Below the pieces are notes generated by a model. The model was not told the DNA's origin and ran no database searches. It saw nothing but the letters and a program-made list of their open reading frames with translations. Source: Paramicrosporidium saccamoebae KSL3 (lineage: Eukaryota; Fungi; Cryptomycota). Taken from it: a stretch of 20,328 bases of DNA. A program made the translations under genes and the position numbers. The stretch lies in assembly GCA_002794465.1 (NCBI GenBank), contig MTSL01000166.1, forward strand, positions 1 through 20,328, read 5' to 3'. This document shows, piece after piece, positions 9,387-17,483 of this stretch. Every line of letters begins with the position of its first letter. The stretch's first letter is position 1.

Positions 9387-10964
9387 TTATTTGGGTGGTA
9401 TCAGATTATAGGCGGCCGACTCGGTGGCAAAGACCAAATGTCTCCAAATAATGGCAACAAAGGTGGTTGCATCGTCATTCTGTTTACTCGAAGAGTCGCG
9501 TCGGTCTACTAACTGGCCATCCTCCAAGATCCAAGCTACTATAGTTTCGGGTTCACAATGTTGCTGGATTTGTGCCGCAATGCTCTGTGAAATTCTCTCA
9601 CTCTCACCCTCCTTTACAGAACGCTGATGTTTCTGTAACAATTCGCCCGTCTTTTTCCTAATCAGAGGCAGCAGCTTGTCCATCTCGAGATACTTCCAAT
9701 CTACTGCTAGTGCAAACAGTCCTTCAGTGGATTTGGGTATAATATCAATTAGCCTTGAAACCTTTTCCTTGTAGAGCTGCTTTAACTTTTCTCCCGCCTC
9801 TGAATTTGAATATCCCGCGGCCACCAGTTCCTTCATTGTATAATCTTTTGAAATGAGCGGCTTCCTCCTCTTGGCCGCCGGTGCTGCATCTGTGATAAAT
9901 TGATCGGCGGTAGGACGATGTCTCTTTTCGCGTTCCGAAGCGTTTTGTTCAGACTGTCTCTTCTCCCGTTCCATGGCATTCTGTTCTGAAAGCCTCCTCT
10001 CTCGCTCCATGGCATTTTGTTCCAACTGCCTCCTCTCCCGTTCCTCGTCCCGTCTGTCAAGTTCTTCCTCTCTCTCCTGTTCACGGAATCGGCGCGACTT
10101 CCATAGTTCGCGGTTCGCATAGAAATCCGGCATTCGCCCAGAAGTCTTTGAGTCTCTATCAATCCCCGTCAGTTTGTCCAGAGCGGTGATCATCCATTCA
10201 AAGTCGTCAAAAGAGGAGAGGTATTTTGTGGCATATTCGAGTTCATTGCGTGCAGCGTCCTTGCGCTCCCTCTCTGCCAACTCGTTCCTTTTGTGTCTTT
10301 GCTGCATTTGAGCCTCTCGGGCCTCCCATCTGCCTTCTCGTTCCAAAAATGCCTTTTTGGCACCGTCACTAGGCACACTTTCTCGTCTACCACGCGGAGG
10401 ATCTTCGTCACGACGAGTATCGTAGTGTTTCTTTGGCTGTCGCTCCTCTTCCTCAATGGCCTCGCCCTCCTCAGGAGCCTCCGCAGTCAACAGAACAAGT
10501 CGCCTCTCCGTGGCCTCTAACGCTGAATAAAAGCTCTTTTCTTTCAAAATAACGCAAAGATTCTGGCAGGTGCGAATGTCTGCCTCCTTAGAGGTCATGT
10601 CCAAGTGATCCTTTACCAGTGCCTCCTCATACCGTTTCAGATATGCCAGCGTCGTCTCATCCACTTTCACGACCAATTTCTTAGTCCCCACCATGGGCAG
10701 GTCGTGTAGCAAAGTGAGCGCCCTATTCATTGCATCGGCGCTTCCAAATTCACAAAACCCAAAACTCTTTGGCATATTTGCCCCATCGAGGACGCGTTTC
10801 CACCGGTTGACTGGTCCACAGCACTGCAAAAGACGCTCCATTACCTCGTCCGTGACTCCCTCTGGTATAGAGCCGACAAATGCAGAGTTGAGACGAACAC
10901 CCGGCATGCTCGACTCGATTTGAATTAACCGCGAGATACGGAGCTGCTCCAGTTCCGCATTCAT
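9387..10964 (-). CDS. RBM25: RBM25/Snu71-like splicing factor (RRM, RE-rich region, PWI)
   Basis: N-terminal RRM (AFVGSIPEG...WKRV...SFGFCEF...KKLVVKVD), long Arg/Glu-rich coiled region, and PWI-like C-terminus (IPKSTEGLFALAVDW...LIRKKTGELL). Confidence 0.9.
   Translation of the reverse strand: MNAELEQLRISRLIQIESSMPGVRLNSAFVGSIPEGVTDEVMERLLQCCGPVNRWKRVLDGANMPKSFGFCEFGSADAMNRALTLLHDLPMVGTKKLVVKVDETTLAYLKRYEEALVKDHLDMTSKEADIRTCQNLCVILKEKSFYSALEATERRLVLLTAEAPEEGEAIEEEERQPKKHYDTRRDEDPPRGRRESVPSDGAKKAFLEREGRWEAREAQMQQRHKRNELAERERKDAARNELEYATKYLSSFDDFEWMITALDKLTGIDRDSKTSGRMPDFYANRELWKSRRFREQEREEELDRRDEERERRQLEQNAMERERRLSEQNAMEREKRQSEQNASEREKRHRPTADQFITDAAPAAKRRKPLISKDYTMKELVAAGYSNSEAGEKLKQLYKEKVSRLIDIIPKSTEGLFALAVDWKYLEMDKLLPLIRKKTGELLQKHQRSVKEGESERISQSIAAQIQQHCEPETIVAWILEDGQLVDRRDSSSKQNDDATTFVAIIWRHLVFATESAAYNLIPPK
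9918..10043 (-). repeat. Coding 36-bp tandem repeat (about 3 copies) inside RBM25
   Basis: EQNAMERERRLS / EQNAMEREKRQS / EQNASEREKRH, with unit starts at 10022, 9986 and 9950. Confidence 0.8.
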
Positions 10965-11052
10965 TGTAATGATAGTATAGAAAGACCGGGGACCTCTGTC
11001 ACTTGATAAAAATGGCCGATATTTACTAGCAATCCAAGCCGAGTGACTGGTT

Positions 11053-11143
11053 GTGACGTAGAGGCAGAGGCAGAGGATTGATTAGTTGGGTATTTGAGGA
11101 CAGTGAGATGCGTATCCATACTATCTATCCCCATTACGCGACA
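11053..11143 (-). repeat. Dispersed intergenic repeat, copy 3 (modules A and C, inverted)
   Basis: The reverse complement reads TGTCGCGTAATGGGGATAGATAGTATGGATACGCATCTCACTGTCCTCAAATACCCAACTAATCAATCCTCTGCCTCTGCCTCTACGTCAC. It aligns to 2831-2859 and 2896-2962 and starts 3 nt after the AP-1 gamma stop codon. Confidence 0.85.
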
Positions 11144-11146
11144 TGG

Positions 11147-13651
11147 TTATTTATTAAACTGGGAAACATCAAAAACATGAGTCTCAGTATCAGATTTGGA
11201 CGCCCATCGATATGTTAGCTTAATCCTCATCTTGATTCGATCCCGTGGGACTAGACCCAGATTTGAATCTTGTAATAAAATCTTCAATGTCTGAGATATA
11301 CTCCCTCCAGCCATGACGGTGGCATCGCTGGCAGGATCGAGGTGAACCTTCATGTATTTGGGTACGGCAGCCTGCAGCAAGACATCATACAAGGTGTCGT
11401 CGCCCGAATTGGAAATTTCAGCCCCAAGAAGAGTTCCCGAGACATCTTCGCCCGTTATGCCAAAGTAAACACTGACGCCATCCTTGGAAAATGCAGAGAC
11501 GCCGCGTGGGACTGGCGAAGCCCCCGCCGTGGCCGGAGTATTTGCTCCATCCAGGCTGAGTGTGGCCAGTTCGGCAAAAACATCCATTACCGGATTCAGC
11601 TTTGGGGTTCCCACTGCAGAGGTTGCATTCGAGACGGAGCCGTCCGTGCGGCTTGCCGACTGGGGACGCGATGAAATCAGCTTGGAAGCCGAGGCCACAT
11701 TTCCCAATTGATCGCCGCTGGCATCGGGAGGGATCCGGGCCAGAACGAGCCCTCGAAGGGCAGCATCACCCGAAATAGCCTTCATCTCAAGCGCGCGATA
11801 ATGAAGGTCATGGCTATTCACGTAGTCAATTGCAATAGTCTCCAAAACACCGGCAATGATAGAGGTCACATTTGGCGAAAGTCGATTGGCTAGCTTGCCC
11901 AACGCTGTAATAATGTAGCCAATCATTGCGGCAGAGAATCCATTGCTTGGGGAAGACCAATCCGACAAAAGAGTCACCAGCTGATTGTCCGTAGTGAGTC
12001 GGGCTGACAGCAAAATGTCGGCAAATTCGCCGCTGGTCCAGACGACTGCTTGAATTAGGGCTTCAGTAATGACCGGCGGGACCCCATTCTCATCCGTCTC
12101 GTCAAGCTCTTTGAGAACTGCAGTCCTAAAGAGCTTTTCGGTGGCATAGCGGTGCAAATCGGAAGTATTGTTGACGATCCGTACAAAGGTTGAAATAATT
12201 TCCTCTTTGCGGCCGGCAATGGCTTCCTCAGACAAAATGCTCACACTCAATCCGAGACTGTTGGAATCATCAATGTTGCAAAGAACAGTGACCATCGTGT
12301 CCACATACCACTTGCCACTGGGAGCATATTGTGCAGACGCAATAGCCAATTTGGTCACGAGATTTTGCTTAAATTCCAATTCGTCAGTGCCTTTCATGTC
12401 CCTCAAGACTTGGAGCAATTCTCCAACAATGTTCCGGATAGTGTCCTTTGAGATGAGTGCCAAGGCCAGGTCCACAGCTCGGCGGCGGATTGAAATGTCG
12501 GGATCATGGAGACATTCTAGGATGGTGGCACGATGACGCTGAACAGCCGACAGGCCTTCGCTGCCGGCGCAAATAATCTTGTTAAGAAGGGCAAGTGCGA
12601 CATAGCGTAAATTGTTGTCCGTGGTGTTGGTAGAGAGGAGACGGCCCAGAATGTTGATGGCCATGGTGCGCAGAGCCTGATCCGACTCAATGTTCATAAT
12701 CGTCACTGCCGTCTCATAGAGAACCGAATGGCCCACATTCTTTCCCGGGTCCGTTGACGTTGCAATTTGAGTAAGAATGTCCGACATGGCCTCGGAAGTC
12801 TCGACGTGTCCAGTTCCCAAAAGCCTCAGTAAACGTAGAATACGGACTTGAAGAAAGGGATCACAAATCCCACTCACGTCATACTCTGCAGAAAAGTTTC
12901 CAGAGATAATCGCCTGAAGTTGACGGATCAGCGGGTGCACCAATAGGCCACGGAATCGGGAAATGACCTCTTGGTCGACGTGGCACTGCTGTAGCGCCAA
13001 TGATATTCCCCCCAGAACCACCCCATGATTACGATCAGCAAGTAAAGCGGGTATCTTATCCTCGAAATGTTCAGCCAATTCCGGAACTCGACTAATGAGT
13101 CGGGATGCACAAAACGCAGCCTTCTTCTTAATGTAGGAGGAGCTTTTGACCAAAAGACGCTCCACCTCATCAGCCAGGTCCCGTGCAATGTCTGGAGAGG
13201 CCGTGGCTGCGAGATTGGCCAGTCCAAGTGCAACAATGCTTGGACTGGAATTGTTCAGGTCGCTCTTGATAGAGTTTGTGATAAGAGTCAATGTGGGCTG
13301 CTGTTCATCCAGCAGCTGGGTGCTGCCCAGGTAGCCTAGTCGCTTCTCAGTCAGTCTCGTCGAGGCAACCATTTTCAGCGACTCGACCTGTCCAAAGTGT
13401 GCAGGATAGCCAAGCATGTAGATGAACAACAGTTTTGCAACCGCATGGTAGCGCTGCTCGCTCGAAGTGTCCTCCTTGAAGCTGGTGCGAATCGACGCCG
13501 ACTCTTTTGCCACCAGCTTTCGTTCCTCTGCCAGCGTTTTACAGGCCCTAATGGCGTGGATAAAGTCTTTCAATCGATAATAACCAGTGAATGCCTTTAC
13601 AACATTGGACTGAAGTCGCGCGGACGCAGACGTTAACGTGTCACGTCCCAT
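11147..13651 (-). CDS. AP1G1: AP-1 adaptor complex gamma subunit (gamma-adaptin)
   Basis: RLKDFIHAIRACKTLAEERKLVAKESASIR, KLLFIYMLGYPAHFGQVESLK, EKRLGYLG, YDVSGICDPFLQVRILRLL and DISIRRRAVDL, plus a C-terminal ear domain (LQAAVPKYMKVHLDPAS). The ORF is open from 13732, and ATG 13651 fits the family N-terminus better. Confidence 0.95.
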   Translation of the reverse strand: MGRDTLTSASARLQSNVVKAFTGYYRLKDFIHAIRACKTLAEERKLVAKESASIRTSFKEDTSSEQRYHAVAKLLFIYMLGYPAHFGQVESLKMVASTRLTEKRLGYLGSTQLLDEQQPTLTLITNSIKSDLNNSSPSIVALGLANLAATASPDIARDLADEVERLLVKSSSYIKKKAAFCASRLISRVPELAEHFEDKIPALLADRNHGVVLGGISLALQQCHVDQEVISRFRGLLVHPLIRQLQAIISGNFSAEYDVSGICDPFLQVRILRLLRLLGTGHVETSEAMSDILTQIATSTDPGKNVGHSVLYETAVTIMNIESDQALRTMAINILGRLLSTNTTDNNLRYVALALLNKIICAGSEGLSAVQRHRATILECLHDPDISIRRRAVDLALALISKDTIRNIVGELLQVLRDMKGTDELEFKQNLVTKLAIASAQYAPSGKWYVDTMVTVLCNIDDSNSLGLSVSILSEEAIAGRKEEIISTFVRIVNNTSDLHRYATEKLFRTAVLKELDETDENGVPPVITEALIQAVVWTSGEFADILLSARLTTDNQLVTLLSDWSSPSNGFSAAMIGYIITALGKLANRLSPNVTSIIAGVLETIAIDYVNSHDLHYRALEMKAISGDAALRGLVLARIPPDASGDQLGNVASASKLISSRPQSASRTDGSVSNATSAVGTPKLNPVMDVFAELATLSLDGANTPATAGASPVPRGVSAFSKDGVSVYFGITGEDVSGTLLGAEISNSGDDTLYDVLLQAAVPKYMKVHLDPASDATVMAGGSISQTLKILLQDSNLGLVPRDRIKMRIKLTYRWASKSDTETHVFDVSQFNK

Positions 13652-13754
13652 AAATGGAGTAAACAAAGAAAATTCGTAAATGAATTTCGTACGAAGCATG
13701 AAATATCGGCATTCCCAGCGTGGGAACAACATAGGATTCAGGGCTAAGGAACGA

Positions 13755-14291
13755 ATGAAGCGACGTAAATGGATGCAGCATATACAGGCTCCCCTTAAGG
13801 ACCCGTCATCTTTAGACTGCGATACTAAAGAGACGAATCAGTTGGATGACTTGGATCGAGAAGTTTTAGAGTTTATTGGTCCATCCGCCACACAAAGGCC
13901 GTCTATAGAAAGGAGACATGAGAAAGTAGTTGAATCGAGCAACAAATACTACGTTTCGAGCTCTATCAATGAATCGCTGGATGAGAAGACGAACAAACCA
14001 GCTTCAATCTCTGCAGATTGGAATTCTGAAGGAGAACGCCGATCAGAAAGAGCCGCTAATTGGTCGTCTTCGCTAGTTCGCCAGGAATCCTCCGATTGGG
14101 AGCCTATGGACCGGCAGCGAATCTGGGACAAGGTATGTCCACATTGCTTCCTACTCATTCAGATTGCTGAGCATGATGCGAGGATTGAAAAGCTGTCAGA
14201 TTGCTTTCTTAACGTCTCCCGTGCGGTCCGTCGGCTGAGTTTGGTCGATAATCCAAATGCGGAAACTACGCATAAGCGATACTCCCAATAA
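13755..14291 (+). CDS. Hypothetical protein with short C-terminal coiled coil
   Basis: Open frame 13680..14291 with a plausible ATG at 13755, divergent from AP1G1. In-frame 30-nt intron at 14133-14162 (GTATGT...ATTCAG) gives WDK|IAEHDARIEKLSDCFLNVSRAVRRL. No family recognised. Confidence 0.6.
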   Translation: MKRRKWMQHIQAPLKDPSSLDCDTKETNQLDDLDREVLEFIGPSATQRPSIERRHEKVVESSNKYYVSSSINESLDEKTNKPASISADWNSEGERRSERAANWSSSLVRQESSDWEPMDRQRIWDKVCPHCFLLIQIAEHDARIEKLSDCFLNVSRAVRRLSLVDNPNAETTHKRYSQ

Positions 14292-14525
14292 AGCCGACAT
14301 AATGTGAAATGGTAAGTTGATTGGCTGGTCGCTTCTTTAATGCAATCGGGCTTAGTCACTGATTTAAATACAGAAACGAAATTCCCATTAACTTTGTGAG
14401 ACTCTAATAAAGATCAATATTATAGTGCTATTCAACTACTCGCTCTCGTTACGTCTTTAATGCAATTTGTCGACAACGGTTAATTGTCGATCCAAATTAG
14501 GAAGCGACTCACAACTACCATTTCC

Positions 14526-14531
14526 TATAAA
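14526..14531 (+). promoter_or_regulatory. Candidate TATA box
   Basis: TATAAA ending 25 nt before the ATG at 14556 of the DPBB gene. Confidence 0.35.
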
Positions 14532-14555
14532 GCCAGCGCTTTCGGCACGATTCTT

Positions 14556-15272
14556 ATGCGCGTCATCTTTGTTCTAGCCACCCTTTCGATCGCCTGTGGT
14601 CTTCCCTTTGAGCAGCAAGGCCCCGACCATAATGGCGAATCTCACAACAGACCGGGCCCAGACCGTGGAAGTGGTAACCAAGGCCCGGGTCGTGAACGTA
14701 ACAACCAAGGTCCGGAGAGTGGGCGTGGTAACCAATCTCCCGACCGTCAACGTGACAGCCGAGGCCCAGATCGTGGCCGTGATAACCGAGGCCCAGACCG
14801 TCGACGTGACAGCCGCGGTCCAGATCGCAGACGTGACAGCCGAGGTCCAGGTCGCAGATGGGATAGCCGAGGTCCAGGCCGCAGACGTGGCAGTTGGGGC
14901 CCGCACCGAGGCCCACATCGAGGCCCACACCGTTTCCCCGGTTTTCGTCGAAGACGCGATTTCCGCCGCTATCCTCGCTCTGGTCCCGCTGGCAAGTGCA
15001 CCTTTTACTCCGATTGGAGATCCAAGGCCGGAAGCTGCGGATACATTCCCAGATTTGAAAATATCGCCGCTTTGTCTCCCGAGTACATGCCGCAAGCCTG
15101 TGGTAAGTGTATAATGGTCAGATATGGCAGAATGCAGCAAAAGGCGGTGGTCACTGACACTTGTATGGGATGCGATGAAGGATGGATCGACATTAGCCAC
15201 AGCCTGTTCTCGCGCTTCTCTGGGCTCTCAAGAGGCTCACTGCCGGTTGATTGGGAATTTGTGGACTGCTGA
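14556..15272 (+). CDS. Secreted expansin-like/RlpA double-psi beta-barrel (DPBB) protein with Arg-rich repeat linker
   Basis: Signal peptide MRVIFVLATLSIACG, a repeat region, then a DPBB domain: GKCTFY...GSCG...AALS...CGKCI...VTDTCMGC...IDISHSLF...PVDWEFVDC. Confidence 0.88.
   Translation: MRVIFVLATLSIACGLPFEQQGPDHNGESHNRPGPDRGSGNQGPGRERNNQGPESGRGNQSPDRQRDSRGPDRGRDNRGPDRRRDSRGPDRRRDSRGPGRRWDSRGPGRRRGSWGPHRGPHRGPHRFPGFRRRRDFRRYPRSGPAGKCTFYSDWRSKAGSCGYIPRFENIAALSPEYMPQACGKCIMVRYGRMQQKAVVTDTCMGCDEGWIDISHSLFSRFSGLSRGSLPVDWEFVDC
14652..14933 (+). repeat. Coding tandem repeats: 9 x 27 bp, then 3 x 12 bp
   Basis: PGPDRGSGN, QGPGRERNN, QGPESGRGN, QSPDRQRDS, RGPDRGRDN, RGPDRRRDS x2, RGPGRRWDS, RGPGRRRGS (14652-14894), then (GPHR)x3. 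Confidence 0.9.
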
Positions 15273-15300
15273 TTGCGCATTGTCGCCAATAACTGAAATT

Positions 15301-15606
15301 CTTGATGAATTGGTATTTAATAAACCCACTCTACTTACACCCTACTTTCACCTTGGCGAATTGGTACTTAATGAACCCACTCTATTTACACCCTACTTTC
15401 ATCTTGGTGAATCGGCATTTAATGAACCCACTCTATTTACACCAGACTTTCATCTTGGTGAATTGGTATTTAGTAAACTCACTCTGTTTACACCCTACTT
15501 TCACCTTGATGAGTTGGTATTTAATAAACCCGCTTTATTTACACCCTACTTTCGCCTTGGTGAGCCGGTATTTAATGAACCCACTTTATTTACACCCGAC
15601 ATTCAG
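15301..15606. repeat. Tandem array of 6 x 51 bp
   Basis: Units start at 15301, 15352, 15403, 15454, 15505 and 15556. Approximate consensus CTTGGTGAATTGGTATTTAATGAACCCACTCTATTTACACCCTACTTTCAC. There are no spacers or indels. Confidence 0.95.
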
Positions 15607-15614
15607 TATGTATC

Positions 15615-16367
15615 TTAGGTTCTTGGCGGAGAGTATTGCTGCGCTGGAATGGACCCCTCACGCAGCAAATGACGTGCCTCAGCAAGACGCGCGGCGTCTC
15701 TTTCCCCATAGGTGCTTGAAAAGTCTGAATACAGAGCTACCGCAAAGATCAAGCCAATCGCCTCAATGGCCGAAAAGATTAGTCCCATGGTGCCGATAGT
15801 GCGCAGCCCTGACTTGACTGGCTCTGATACTTTTTCGCTGCAGGGAAACATAAAGCCAAATTCGGGATTGTCAGTACAGTCCGAGGGCACCGCACGATCA
15901 TATAGCGAGGAAAAGCCGCAGCATTGATACTATAATTAGCACTGCATTAGATAGTACCGTCTTTTCGAATTTGGCCAAGGCTGACTTGTCCCGTATGTAC
16001 GCTCGGTCCCATGCATCATAGGCCATGAGATCTATGTCGTTTTGACGGGCAAGCGCCAGACTCGACAGAATCAGCTGCCCTAGGAGAACCAAGGTCATGA
16101 CACCAAGATACTACCACATGAGCAATTAGTGCACATGTGTACAATTTGCATGAGAAGAGGGTCTTCATTTACTGCGGCATACATGCCCCACAAAGACAGC
16201 AGCAGTATCACCACTCCCAGGATCATGACCAATGTGGGCGTGGTAAGAGAAACAAGATGACTCACCTGGCTGCCAACATTCATCCCCCAGATTCCCAATG
16301 TCAGCACCAGCGCACCCACCACGAGCATCACAATGTTCAGCAGAATTACTATATACTTTGTCAGCAT
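15615..16367 (-). CDS. Tetraspanin
   Basis: Three track ORFs join through introns at 16111-16142 (32 nt, GTACAC...ACTAAT...GGTAG) and 15930-15957 (28 nt, GTACTA...GCTAAT-TATAG). The product has four TM helices and an EC2 loop with YQCCGF plus two further Cys. Confidence 0.9.
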
Positions 16368-16419
16368 GTCGACTGTACGAATGGAGAAATCTTATTTATT
16401 CAACAACAAGCTCCGCGAG

Positions 16420-17193
16420 CTAATTGAATTGATACTTTGCCACCGACCAGTCCTGTCGGAGCTGATATGCCTCAGAAATAGTAACCCCTTCCGCAGTCAC
16501 CTTGGCCATTTGGATCATGTCCATGCTGCGGGCATCGCGGTACCAAAGCACCGTCATGCACTTTTCCAACAGGGCCCGAGCCTCGTCTTCACTCAACATG
16601 GCCTTGCCCTCCACTGCGTCCCGGAGGATGGGCTGTGCAAGATATGCGCCAAATCCTGTGGCAATGGTGCTGGACTCGTAAGTAGTCCCCAACAAATTAA
16701 CACATCCCAAAAAGCTTTCGCCCGTGTTCTTGTCCACACCCGCTACAATGTTCGTATTCCAAAGGGGATCCATTTTGCTGCGTCTTTGGTACATGTACGC
16801 CGACAGTGCAGTATACCACTGGCGAGGGCTCAGGACATGTCCATCATCCTGGCATGTCTCCTCAATATGGTACTGCTTCAACATGTTCGTGGTGAACTGA
16901 AAGTCTGAAATGTCGCCAGAAGTCCCGAGAAGAGTCGTCTCCCCCAGCTGTGTCATTCTCTGTTGATCACGGAAACGAGCCAAAGAACCATAGGAAGCTA
17001 AAATGTCAGGCCTTGTAGACATGAATATACCAAGACAGTCAGCCGCCATCATTATACCGTCTTTGTACCGGATAGCCAGGACGGAGGTGCCGGTCACAAT
17101 TGGACTCTGCGTGTGTGTAATGGGCTTTATGGAACGCGCCTGAATGACATGGTCGTAACGAGACCGTCCCCAGTTGTCAGGATGATGTTCCAT
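16420..17193 (-). CDS. PSMB4: 20S proteasome subunit beta type-7 (Pre4/PSMB4)
   Basis: TQSPIVTGTSVLA, SYGSLARFRD, SGDISDFQ, YQRRSKMDPLWN, ATGFGAYLAQPILR and LWYRDARS. An in-frame 33-nt intron at 16998-17030 restores AADCL|ASYGSLARF. Confidence 0.96.
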   Translation of the reverse strand: MEHHPDNWGRSRYDHVIQARSIKPITHTQSPIVTGTSVLAIRYKDGIMMAADCLGIFMSTRPDILASYGSLARFRDQQRMTQLGETTLLGTSGDISDFQFTTNMLKQYHIEETCQDDGHVLSPRQWYTALSAYMYQRRSKMDPLWNTNIVAGVDKNTGESFLGCVNLLGTTYESSTIATGFGAYLAQPILRDAVEGKAMLSEDEARALLEKCMTVLWYRDARSMDMIQMAKVTAEGVTISEAYQLRQDWSVAKYQFN

Positions 17194-17285
17194 AGAGATT
17201 TATACGTATTTATTATTTTCTTTAACAAACTATTGAAATACGCTCAATGGATTTAGTTACAAATAGACTTGTCCATAGCGTAGAT

Positions 17286-17393
17286 TGTAGTGTGGTTCAT
17301 AGTGTGATTTGTAGTGCGGTTCGTAGTGTAATTTGTAGTGTGGTTCGTAGTGTAATTTGTAGTGTGGTTCGTAGTGTGATTTGTAGTGGAATT
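17286..17393. repeat. Minisatellite, about 4.5 x 24 bp (paired 12-bp subunits)
   Basis: TGTAGTGTGGTT-CGTAGTGTAATT units start at 17286, 17310, 17334 and 17358, with a half unit at 17382. It lies between the DHCR7 stop and the PSMB4 start. Confidence 0.92.
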
Positions 17394-17483
17394 AGTAATG
17401 AATGGATCCGTAATATAATGTACGGATAGTATCCGCTTATTATAACGGCGCCACAAAATCACTCTAGCTTACCAACAGGCTCT

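Noticed and set aside
13686-13695. Palindrome TTCGTACGAA in the roughly 100-bp divergent promoter
   Set aside because: A single 10-nt palindrome is expected by chance, and there is no second copy.
15103-15112. GTAAGT donor-like site in the first DPBB gene
   Set aside because: It encodes CGKC, which is conserved in the paralogue, and the domain is complete without splicing.
14563-15200. Alternative-frame and antisense repeat ORFs over the first DPBB gene
   Set aside because: They are shadows of the 27-bp coding repeat. Only the frame with the signal peptide and DPBB domain is supported.
15301-15606. CRISPR array
   Set aside because: The units are contiguous and homologous over their full 51 bp, with no unique spacers. 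The context is eukaryotic and no cas genes are present.
17253-17462. 69-aa TTNH-repeat ORF
   Set aside because: It begins at GTG, has no signal peptide and is fully explained by the 12-bp minisatellite.
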